Positions 1 through 7,489 are shown, counted from the first letter of the stretch. The stretch: DNA of 10,970 nucleotides from Chthonomonadales bacterium (GCA_038217285.1 JBBQPO010000210.1:1-10970); one strand, 5' to 3'. Numbers and translations are program-made. Notes: a model not told the origin generated them from the sequence alone.

Positions 1-1
1 C

Positions 2-301
2 GGTGCAGGAACCCGCTATCCGTTCTTCCCACACCACCAGATCGCCAACATTCGCAACATCGAACTGTCTGGGGCGCTGGTAGGCGGCCCGGCCAGCGTC
101 GGGATTTTCGAGCAACAAAAGATCAGTATGGCGGGCGTGGAGTTCAGCACCCAGACGCCCGGTCCAGCGCTAAAAAAAGACATTCCGGACGAAGTCGGTG
201 TCTACCATGATGCCGTGCAGGACTTCGTCACCAACGAGCCTGCCAACGACTACACCGCGAAGTTTCTGCTCCTGACCGCGTTCTACATCGTTCCCACCTG
301 A
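2..301 (+). CDS. Glycoside hydrolase family 9 (endoglucanase/cellulase-like), C-terminal fragment; 5' part lies outside the window
   Basis: Not in the ORF track. Manual translation of frame 2 gives GAGTRYPFFPHHQ...LSGALVGGP...VYHDAVQDFVTNEPANDYTAKFLLLTAFYIVPT*, with stop TGA at 299-301. It contains the GH9 PHH(R) motif, GALVGGP, and the Y-x-D-x4-F-x3-E-x-A catalytic-acid signature. Confidence 0.88.
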   Translation, partial: GAGTRYPFFPHHQIANIRNIELSGALVGGPASVGIFEQQKISMAGVEFSTQTPGPALKKDIPDEVGVYHDAVQDFVTNEPANDYTAKFLLLTAFYIVPT

Positions 302-346
302 AATCGTCGCCCTTAAACGAGCGCGCAGAGTATTATGCTGCCAAGA

Positions 347-380
347 TTTAACCTTCGCTTAACATACGCTGTGCTATAAT
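347..380 (+). promoter_or_regulatory. Promoter with perfect extended -10 (TGcTATAAT) and two 11-bp-spaced Pho-box-like direct repeats
   Basis: TTTAACCT (347-354) and CTTAACAT (358-365) have an 11-bp period. TG-C-TATAAT follows at 372-380, ending 38 nt before the ATG at 418 of a phosphoesterase gene. Confidence 0.65.
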
Positions 381-417
381 TTCTGTGTCAGACACATCCC
401 ACGGACAGGAGAGAGAC

Positions 418-2922
418 ATGCACACTGCGAAGCAAAGAACGATTCTGGTTGGAGCGGGACTGTTGATCGCCGGACTGAGCGCGACAGCGGTCGCGCCCTT
501 CCTGCGCTCCTCCCACGCACTTCATCCCAAGAGCGGCCTGCCTATCGTCATTCCCGGCAAAGACGGCGATGCGACTCTGCTCTTCAACGGCTGGAAGATC
601 AGCCCGGCCGGACGGCCGCTGATGACCAACGACTTTCTGCTCGGCGGCGCCTTCAGCCCGGACGGTAAGACGCTTGCCATCGCGAACTGCGGCTACAATC
701 CCCATGCCATCCACCTGATCGATGTCGCGACGGAAAAAGAGATCGCCAATCTGGGCCTCCTCCGCACCTGGAACGGACTGGCCTGGGCGAAGGACGGCAA
801 AACGCTCTACGTCTCCGGAGGTATACCGCTCGCGCACAACGACGTGCTGGTCTTCGAAAAGGGCGCGGACGGAGCCTGGTCAAAAACGAAGACCCTGGCG
901 CTCACCGGAAACGACCCTAAAATGACCGCTGTTGCTGGCCTTGCGCTCTCGGCAGACGGCGCCAGCCTGTTCGTTCTGAACAATTCGGACGGCAAACTCT
1001 ACACGCTCGACACCGCGTCCGGCAAAACCCTTTCCACGTTGGCCGTCGGAGACCATCCGATCGCCTGCACCCTGAACAGTGCGGGGACTCTGCTCGGTAT
1101 CGCGGATCTCGGCGGCGCGGAAGTCGTGGCCGTACGTGTGGAAGACCCTGCCAAGCCCGAGATCGTCTCCCATCTCAACACCGGCGCCCATCCGAACGAC
1201 ATGGCGCTCTCCACGGACGACCGCCTGTTTGTCTCGTGCGGAAATGCGGACCAGGTCGATGTGTTCGATGCGACCAATGGTCAGCCCATCGAGACGATCC
1301 GTACCACACTGAGTCCGACAGCCCCCTCCGGCAGCACTCCCGATGCCGTCGCCGTCTCGCCCGACAACAAGACCCTCTATGTCGCCAATGCGGATAACAA
1401 CGACGTCTGTGTCGTGGACATCTCCGACCATGGCAAGGCGAAGGTCAAAGGCTTTATCCCGACCGGCTGGTATCCCACCGCCGTCAAAGTGTCGCCGGAC
1501 GGCCGCAAACTCATCATCGGGAGCGGCAAGGGCACCGGAACCGGCCCGAACGAGGTCAAGCTGCCGATCAACCCCGACCATCCTGCCGGGTTCGTGCATC
1601 ACGGTCACCAGTTGCGGGGGCTACTCTCCTTCGTGGATGTGCCGGACGACGCCAAACTCGCGGAGTACACCCGACAGGTCATGGCCAACACTCCGCATAC
1701 AAACAGCCTGCTGGCCGAGGGCGCTGCCCCCGCCGCCACCGCGATTCCGGTCCATGTCGGGGACCGTTCTCCGATCAAGCACATTCTCTACATCATCAAG
1801 GAGAACCGCACCTACGATCAGGTGTTCGGCGACGTCGCAAAAGGCAACGGCGAGCCGAAACTCTGTCTGTTCGGCTCCGACGTAACCCCGAACCAGCATG
1901 CTTTGGCAGATCAGTTCGTCTTGCTGGACAACCTCTACTGCAGCGGCGAAGTGTCGCAGGACGGGCATCCCTGGTCTACGTCGGCCATCGCCACGGACTT
2001 CACGCAGCGCTCCTGGGTGCTGGGCTACTCCGGCAAGGGCAACACCGTGGACAGCACCTCCGTCGACGATCCCAAGGCCGGATTTATCTGGGACGCCTGC
2101 AAGCGCAAAGGGATCTCCTACCGAACGTATGGCGAATATGAAGACCATCCGTCTCTGGCAGGGCATAGCAACCAGGAGTTCATTGGTAAGGTTGGCCCCA
2201 ACATCGTGCCGGAAGGCCGCGACATGGAAAAAGCCGATATCTATATCAATGAGGTCAAGGAGATGGCGGCCCACGGAACGGTTCCGTCCTTCGCCGTCAT
2301 GAGTCTCGGGGAGGATCACACCGCTGGCACCAGACCCGGCGCTTATGCCCCGAAATCGATGGTTGGCTCGAACGATCAGGCCATCGGCAAAATCGTCTCT
2401 TTCCTCTCGAACAGCAAGCTCTGGAAGGAGTTCGCGGTCTTCATCATCGAGGACGACGCGCAGAACGGCCCCGATCATATCGATTCGCATCGCACCATGG
2501 GCCTCGTCATCAGCCCCTACGTCAAACGCGGCACGGTAGACAGCACCCTCTACACGACCGCTTCGATGCTGCGGACGATGGAACTGATCCTCGGCCTGCC
2601 GCCCCTGACGCAGTACGATGAGGCGGCCACGCCGATGTTCAACAGCTTCACCGCAAAGGCCGACCTGACTCCCTACTCCCTGGTCGCGCCCCGCATCGAC
2701 CTCAATGTCAAGAACACCGCCCTTGCCTACGGAGCCAAAGAGTCGCGCGCCATGGACTTCACCAGCTACGACAAAGCCGACGAAGACACCCTCAACCGCA
2801 TCCTCTGGCACTCCATCAAGGGCGCGAACACTCCGATGCCCGCCCCGGTACGCAGCGCCCACCTCCGCGCCAACGGCTCCGCCCTCCGCACCGCCAAACC
2901 CGCCCGCGACACCGACGACTGA
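418..2922 (+). CDS. Secreted bifunctional YVTN/YncE-type beta-propeller + phosphoesterase (alkaline phosphatase superfamily) protein, 834 aa
   Basis: ATG at 418 is preceded by AGGAGAG and is preferred to the GTG at 385. There is an N-terminal hydrophobic signal segment and repeated propeller blades (AFSPDGKTLAI, AVSPDNKTLYVANAD, GFIPTGWYPTAVKVSPDG). The C-terminal domain has KHILYIIKENRTYDQVFGD, LLDNLYC..EVSQDGH and EDDAQNGPDHIDSHR. Confidence 0.9.
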   Translation: MHTAKQRTILVGAGLLIAGLSATAVAPFLRSSHALHPKSGLPIVIPGKDGDATLLFNGWKISPAGRPLMTNDFLLGGAFSPDGKTLAIANCGYNPHAIHLIDVATEKEIANLGLLRTWNGLAWAKDGKTLYVSGGIPLAHNDVLVFEKGADGAWSKTKTLALTGNDPKMTAVAGLALSADGASLFVLNNSDGKLYTLDTASGKTLSTLAVGDHPIACTLNSAGTLLGIADLGGAEVVAVRVEDPAKPEIVSHLNTGAHPNDMALSTDDRLFVSCGNADQVDVFDATNGQPIETIRTTLSPTAPSGSTPDAVAVSPDNKTLYVANADNNDVCVVDISDHGKAKVKGFIPTGWYPTAVKVSPDGRKLIIGSGKGTGTGPNEVKLPINPDHPAGFVHHGHQLRGLLSFVDVPDDAKLAEYTRQVMANTPHTNSLLAEGAAPAATAIPVHVGDRSPIKHILYIIKENRTYDQVFGDVAKGNGEPKLCLFGSDVTPNQHALADQFVLLDNLYCSGEVSQDGHPWSTSAIATDFTQRSWVLGYSGKGNTVDSTSVDDPKAGFIWDACKRKGISYRTYGEYEDHPSLAGHSNQEFIGKVGPNIVPEGRDMEKADIYINEVKEMAAHGTVPSFAVMSLGEDHTAGTRPGAYAPKSMVGSNDQAIGKIVSFLSNSKLWKEFAVFIIEDDAQNGPDHIDSHRTMGLVISPYVKRGTVDSTLYTTASMLRTMELILGLPPLTQYDEAATPMFNSFTAKADLTPYSLVAPRIDLNVKNTALAYGAKESRAMDFTSYDKADEDTLNRILWHSIKGANTPMPAPVRSAHLRANGSALRTAKPARDTDD

Positions 2923-2945
2923 CCCGCGAAGTCACTCCGACAACA

Positions 2946-2982
2946 ACAGGCCGCCGCATCCACGAAAGATGCGGCGGCCTGT
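2946..2982. terminator. Hairpin between convergent genes, probable (bidirectional) terminator
   Basis: Perfect 15-bp stem ACAGGCCGCCGCATC (2946-2960) / GATGCGGCGGCCTGT (2968-2982) with a 7-nt loop. On the minus strand it is followed by TGTTGT. Confidence 0.75.
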
Positions 2983-3002
2983 CGACAGGAACGATTCGGC
3001 GA

Positions 3003-3968
3003 CTAAAATATGTTGCCGACCGAAATAAATGGACGCCCGTGCGCTACGAGATGACTCGCGAAGTAAGCAAACATCGCTTCGTCGGCGCGGCGGGCGTCTT
3101 CGCCCCCGAACCCATGTCCGGCGTTCTCCATCGTCAGCAGTTGCGCCTCCGCTCCTGAGGCTTTCATCTTATCGACGAACCATAGTGCCTGCTCGTGAGC
3201 GACGTAATTGTCCTTCGTACCATGAATACAGAGGGTCGGGGCCGCGTTCGGCGTTACCCAGTAGAGCGGGCTCGCCTGCAGATGCCTTCCACGCGCCTGT
3301 TCCAGGTTTCCGCCGAGGTAGAGCGGCAGCACTTCCGCCGCATCCACGCTTTTGCCATAAGACTTTGTGAAGTCCGTAGGCCCAAAATAGCTGACGACCG
3401 CCTGAACACCGCTCGACTGCTCCGGATTGCCTTCCGAGCCTTCCAGCCACTTGACGCCTTCCGTCACGCCGAGCATCTCCGCCAGATTCGCCCCGGCCGA
3501 GCCGCCCATCGTCCCGATCAGTGAGGGATCGATCTGGTATTTCTTCGCATTGGCGCGAAGCCAGCGGACAGAGGCCTTCACATCATGGACCGCTGCCGGG
3601 AACTGGAATTTGGGGGAGAGCCGATACTCCACGGTAACCGCGACATAGCCATGCTGCGCCAGTTGACGGATCATGCCGTTGTAGCCGTTGCGGTCACCCG
3701 CGCGGAAGCCGCCGCCATGAATGCAGACCACGGCGGGAAACATGCCCTTTCCCTTCGCCGGACGCGCCATATTAAGTTTAAGGTGTTGCCCGTCTGGATT
3801 GGCATACTCGATGTCGTTCTCGACCTGGATCTCTTCTGGCTTCAGGAGGGGCTGCGCTGCCCGCGGCTCGGCAGTCGGTTTCGCCTCCTGCGCGCGAACC
3901 GTCGAGATCGCGCCTAACAACAGCGCAGGCAGCAACAGCGCAAGGCCCTTGACGCATCTTGAATGCAT
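3003..3968 (-). CDS. Secreted alpha/beta hydrolase (family IV/HSL-like, BD-FAE-type esterase), 321 aa
   Basis: HGGG oxyanion motif, GGSAG nucleophile elbow, HGTKD (Asp) and AGHGF (His). Start moved to ATG 3968 (MHSRCVKGLALLLPALLLGAISTVRA-QE signal peptide), preceded by AAGGGA. The first 40 codons of the track ORF look non-coding. Confidence 0.9.
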   Translation of the reverse strand: MHSRCVKGLALLLPALLLGAISTVRAQEAKPTAEPRAAQPLLKPEEIQVENDIEYANPDGQHLKLNMARPAKGKGMFPAVVCIHGGGFRAGDRNGYNGMIRQLAQHGYVAVTVEYRLSPKFQFPAAVHDVKASVRWLRANAKKYQIDPSLIGTMGGSAGANLAEMLGVTEGVKWLEGSEGNPEQSSGVQAVVSYFGPTDFTKSYGKSVDAAEVLPLYLGGNLEQARGRHLQASPLYWVTPNAAPTLCIHGTKDNYVAHEQALWFVDKMKASGAEAQLLTMENAGHGFGGEDARRADEAMFAYFASHLVAHGRPFISVGNIF

Positions 3969-3985
3969 TCGGTATTTTCCCTTTC

Positions 3986-4195
3986 GGCGGCATGAGTGTG
4001 AAAGTCTTCGCCGCAAAGACGGCCTGTATCCTGCGGGATCACCGGCCTGACAACTGGTTTGTCGCTGTACAGGCGGGTTTGGTTTCACACCGTCAGTCTC
4101 CGGCCAAAAGAACAGCCTCGGTTCCTGGAGACGGTGCGCCAGTACGCCGCCGCCAACGCAGTGTGATCCTTCCGCACGGCAGATGTGCTCGGATC
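3986..4195. ncRNA. Candidate structured RNA / regulatory leader upstream of the esterase (unassigned)
   Basis: Nested stems: 3986-3993/4144-4151, GTGTGAAA/TTTCACAC (3996-4003/4083-4090), 4004-4020 hairpin, GCCTGTA/TACAGGC (4022-4028/4068-4074), GACAA/TTGTC, and 4096-4132 hairpin. I recognise no known family. Confidence 0.3.
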
Positions 4196-4224
4196 CTAGA
4201 CCTGACAGTGACTCCTACGCGCAG

Positions 4225-4543
4225 CTAACCTCCGGTCCCTTCTCGACGTGGCTTATCTTGTCCCTTCAGGTTGCCGCCCCTAAAGGAGCGGCCTCTAGGG
4301 AAGGGGAAGGCCCATAAATGGGCCTGGGAGGACTGAAAAGCAGAACCAAGCTCCTCAATAAGGGATGGCTGACACCCTGTTTCCTTGCGCAATCGCCCCT
4401 GCTCACGTCCGACCCAGCCCCCTTCAGGGGGCTTACCGCATCAGACCGCTCCTTGAGGGGCGGGGAGTAAAGCGCGAGGAGGAGGTAAAGGCAAATCTAA
4501 AGTACAAGATAAGCCACGTTGGGAAGGGGGATTGGGGGTTAGG
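4225..4543. repeat. REP-like hairpin (CTAACC...CCCTTCTC / GGGAAGGG...GGTTAG) split by an inserted element
   Basis: The left flank CTAACCTCCGGTCCCTTCTCG (4225-4245) and right flank TGGGAAGGGGGATTGGGGGTTAGG (4520-4543) rejoin into a hairpin resembling the intact copy at 10010-10044. Confidence 0.7.
4250..4515. mobile_element. Non-autonomous MITE/REPIN-like element, 266 bp, 12-bp terminal inverted repeats, putative 4-bp target duplication ACGT
   Basis: GGCTTATCTTGT (4250-4261) and ACAAGATAAGCC (4504-4515) are perfect inverted repeats, with ACGT at 4246-4249 and 4516-4519. Each arm carries two related small hairpins. There is no transposase ORF. A related copy starts at 10798. Confidence 0.78.
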
Positions 4544-4689
4544 TAACCCTGTCGAGCGACCAAATAGCAGCGAACCTGGGAAACCTGCGGATCGTCTGAT
4601 AGGAAAAGCAGGGGACGGAGGAAACGGTAGGGGCAAGAGGAATCAGCGAACCGGCACCAACGGCAAAGCGGCTGTTACCGAGGACTTTT

Positions 4690-4721
4690 GACAGGCCCTG
4701 AGCATCGCCTCAGGGCCTGTC
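4690..4721 (-). terminator. Terminator-like hairpin downstream of the DUF5685-like gene
   Basis: Perfect 13-bp stem GACAGGCCCTGAG / CTCAGGGCCTGTC with a 6-nt loop, 18 nt past the stop codon. It lacks a U-tract on the minus strand. Confidence 0.6.
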
Positions 4722-4739
4722 GTCGTATTCGTCGAGGAG

Positions 4740-6203
4740 TTAACCGCAGACGCAGGCGCTGCAGCAGTCGCCTGCGGCGCAGCATTCGCAGCACTGAGCA
4801 CCGTCGCAACAGCACTCGATGCCCTGGCAGCAGCAGATGCAGTCCCAACAGTCGACGGAGCCGCACTGGCAGCAGTTGTCCGCGCACCCCGGACGACGCC
4901 GGCTGCGCCGACGTATATTCCCGGAACTTTGCATGCCCGGCTGCATCGCAGGGGAGACGAGGGTTCCGTCACCGCTGCCCCCACCGCTCCCCGCGAAGGC
5001 GAAGAGCGGGCGAACGAGGCGGACGGGAGCCGAGAGCACCGCACCGACTATCGCGCTGATCGCCATAAGGTTCAGCGAAAACTCCAGACACTCGCGGGTC
5101 GAGGTGGCCGCTAGCGCGAAACGCGGCACCAGCAGAGCGATGGTCAGCACGGAGGCGAAGACGAACGGGGTCGCGAGGGTCTTGCCGAAGGAGGCCGGGG
5201 AGGAGTCGCGTTCCCGATGCGTCAGGGTCTTCGCCAGCGAGACGGCGGCAGTCCAGCGGGATCGCCAGCCTGCCGGGCGGTTTGTCGGGACGCAGGCCCC
5301 ACGGGTTTCACACGCATCGTCACCGATTTTCCGGTCGATGTTCCGCTGGAGACGCGCGGCCAGTCGAGTCGCGAGTTCCGGCGCGATGGGCAGCCGTCGC
5401 AGGGCAGCCTCGACCTCGGCGGTGATCTGCCGCAGGCGCTCTTCCGTTGCGAGAAGATAGCAGTCGGGCAGCATGGCCTCTTCTATGGCGAACGCGGTGC
5501 GCAGGGCATTGAACTCCTTGCGCTTCGCATCCTTCTCGTAATCCTCCAGGGCATCCAGCAGATAGACGAGCTGTCCGAAGGCGAAACCGAGCTCGTACAT
5601 GGTCTCTGCCGCCGGACTGCCGACCGTGGCTGCGCCATGCTGAAATACCATCCCCGTGACGGTGGCGGTCGGCTCGGTGACGTAGTCCAGCCACTCCATC
5701 GCCGTGCGTTCTGCAGGGTTGGCCGTCGCTTCCGCTTCGCGACTTTCCTGGAGGCGCCCGGTCTTCCAGATCGCCTCGACGGGAAAGCCCCACCCTTTCA
5801 GCCGCTCCGACGCCTCCCGGAAACCGTGCGAGTAGACGCGTAGCGCTATTTTCCAGCCTTTGCCGCCGCCGTCCGCGATCTGGTCGGTCACCTTGAACTC
5901 GCTCATAACCAGAGTAGCCGTCGCCGCAACCTGCAGCGACAGCGGCATCTGCGCCTCGGCCTCGGGCAGCGCAAAACAGTTGTAGGACTGATAGGCCCTG
6001 TCCCATGTCGCCACAGGCGCACTCTCCGGTGACAGCGCGGTCAGCAGCTCGCCGAAAAACACGGCGTCGTTGTTGAGCAGGAGGCGCGAGCGCTGGCCGT
6101 AGAGGCTCCCCATCGTCTTACAGGTTCCACAGTAGTGCAGGCGATAACGATGTTTCTCTTCGGGCGGCTGTCCGCAAGACTTCGCACGCATCAGTCCGTA
6201 CAT
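4740..6203 (-). CDS. DUF5685-like protein with two hydrophobic segments and a Cys-rich C-terminal tail, 487 aa
   Basis: The N-terminus MYGLMR...YRLHYCGTCKTMGSLYGQRSRLLLNNDAVF and the motif FGQLVYLLDALEDYEKD...FNAL match my recollection of DUF5685. Strong RBS AGGAGG. 20 of the last 48 residues are Cys. Confidence 0.8.
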   Translation of the reverse strand: MYGLMRAKSCGQPPEEKHRYRLHYCGTCKTMGSLYGQRSRLLLNNDAVFFGELLTALSPESAPVATWDRAYQSYNCFALPEAEAQMPLSLQVAATATLVMSEFKVTDQIADGGGKGWKIALRVYSHGFREASERLKGWGFPVEAIWKTGRLQESREAEATANPAERTAMEWLDYVTEPTATVTGMVFQHGAATVGSPAAETMYELGFAFGQLVYLLDALEDYEKDAKRKEFNALRTAFAIEEAMLPDCYLLATEERLRQITAEVEAALRRLPIAPELATRLAARLQRNIDRKIGDDACETRGACVPTNRPAGWRSRWTAAVSLAKTLTHRERDSSPASFGKTLATPFVFASVLTIALLVPRFALAATSTRECLEFSLNLMAISAIVGAVLSAPVRLVRPLFAFAGSGGGSGDGTLVSPAMQPGMQSSGNIRRRSRRRPGCADNCCQCGSVDCWDCICCCQGIECCCDGAQCCECCAAGDCCSACVCG

Positions 6204-6245
6204 AACCTCTCCTCCTTGTCTGGGTACGCTGGGTGGGCGTAATAG

Positions 6246-6274
6246 TGTGAAACCCGCTTTCGGCGGGTTTCACA
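6246..6274 (-). terminator. Hairpin downstream of ald, probable terminator
   Basis: 12-bp stem TGTGAAACCCGC / GCGGGTTTCACA with a 5-nt loop (CGAAA on the minus strand), 22 nt after the ald stop. Confidence 0.7.
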
Positions 6275-6296
6275 GGCGAGATCGTTGGGTCAGAGT

Positions 6297-7412
6297 TCAG
6301 TCGAGCATCCGCTCGGCCGGGGTATAGTCGTAGCCGAACTGTTCAGCGACATCCTTGAACGTCACTTTGCCATGCGCGACGTTGAGCCCGAGCAGCAGCG
6401 GTTGGCTGTCCCGCATGGCCTGCTTCCAGCCCTTTCCTGCCAACAGACGGGCATAGCTCAGGGTTTCGTTGGTCAGAGCATAGGTCGAGGTTCCGGCGAC
6501 AGCGCCCGGCATGTTCGCCACGCAGTAGTGAACAACGCCTTCCACGATATAGGTCGGCTGACTGTGTGTGGTCGGGCGCGTCGTCTCGAAGCAGCCTCCC
6601 TGATCGACGGCCACATCGACCACGACCGAGCCACGCTTCATGGTCTTCAGCATCTCTTTGGTCACCAGGACCGGCGCTTTCGCGCCGCGCCGCAGCACGC
6701 CGCCGATCACCAGATCCGCGCTCGGCAGCAGATTGCGGATATTCAGGCGGTTGGAGTAGATCGTCGTGACATTGGCAGGCATGATGTCGTCCAGGTAACG
6801 CAGCCGCTCCATGTTCACATCCAGCAGATAGACGCTCGCCCCGAAACCCGCCGCGATCTTGGCCGCGTTCGCCCCGACGACGCCGCCGCCGAGAATGACG
6901 ACCGTCGCGGGCGGCACACCCGGCACACCGGCCAACAGAATGCCGCGCCCCTCCATCGGCCGCTCCAGATACTTCGCGCCCTCCTGCACCGCCATGCGGC
7001 CCGCCACTTCGCTCATCGGGGTCAGCAGCGGCAGCGTCCGGTCGGGCAGTTGAATGGTCTCGTAGGCGACACAGACAGCCTTGCTTTTGACCATCGCCTT
7101 CGTCAGCTCTTCGTTTGCCGCAAAGTGAAAATACGTAAAAATGATCTGGCCTTCGCGGAGCAGAGCGTACTCCGGTTCCATCGGCTCTTTCACCTTCATG
7201 ATCATGTCGGCCTGCGCAAACACCTCACGATCAGAACTGACGATGATGGCGCCCGCTTCCCGGTACTCGCTGTCCTCGATCTGGGTTCCTAAACCCGCGC
7301 CCGTTTCGACCAGGACAGTATGTCCGTCCTCGACCAGAGTCTCTGCTCCAGATGGGACCAGCGCGACACGGTACTCGTTGTTCTTAATCTCCTTCGGCAC
7401 TCCGACAATCAT
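6297..7412 (-). CDS. ald: Alanine dehydrogenase, 371 aa
   Basis: MIVGVPKEIKNNEYRVAL, MKVKEP, FTYFH, LLTPMSEVAGRMAVQEGA, Rossmann GGGVVG, VDVAVDQGGCFET and HYCVANMPGAV. RBS GAAGGAG. Confidence 0.97.
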   Translation of the reverse strand: MIVGVPKEIKNNEYRVALVPSGAETLVEDGHTVLVETGAGLGTQIEDSEYREAGAIIVSSDREVFAQADMIMKVKEPMEPEYALLREGQIIFTYFHFAANEELTKAMVKSKAVCVAYETIQLPDRTLPLLTPMSEVAGRMAVQEGAKYLERPMEGRGILLAGVPGVPPATVVILGGGVVGANAAKIAAGFGASVYLLDVNMERLRYLDDIMPANVTTIYSNRLNIRNLLPSADLVIGGVLRRGAKAPVLVTKEMLKTMKRGSVVVDVAVDQGGCFETTRPTTHSQPTYIVEGVVHYCVANMPGAVAGTSTYALTNETLSYARLLAGKGWKQAMRDSQPLLLGLNVAHGKVTFKDVAEQFGYDYTPAERMLD

Positions 7413-7489
7413 GACGTAGTATCTCCTTCAATTTCACTGCCCGGTGGGTTGCCGGAAAATGGCTAGTTCGCTCGTGGCGACTCCTTTCC

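Noticed and set aside
3969-4088. 40-aa N-terminal extension of the esterase given in the ORF track
   Set aside because: The signal peptide and RBS point to ATG 3968, and the extension overlaps the structured non-coding region.
4082-4096. Minus-strand CTGACGG-TGT-GAAAC resembling a hammerhead ribozyme core
   Set aside because: It deviates from CUGANGA and has no stem II between the two core segments.
4222-4234. CAGCTAACCTCCG resembling the 3' end of the c-di-AMP (ydaO) riboswitch
   Set aside because: The upstream conserved ydaO blocks are missing on this strand, no gene follows in this orientation, and CTAACC is explained by the REP-like leader.
4365-4691. 108-aa ORF (+) and the opposite 67-aa ORF (4433-4636) as a transposase or small protein
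   Set aside because: They cross the element's right TIR and the REP flank and have no recognisable motifs. They are better explained as chance ORFs in repeat DNA.
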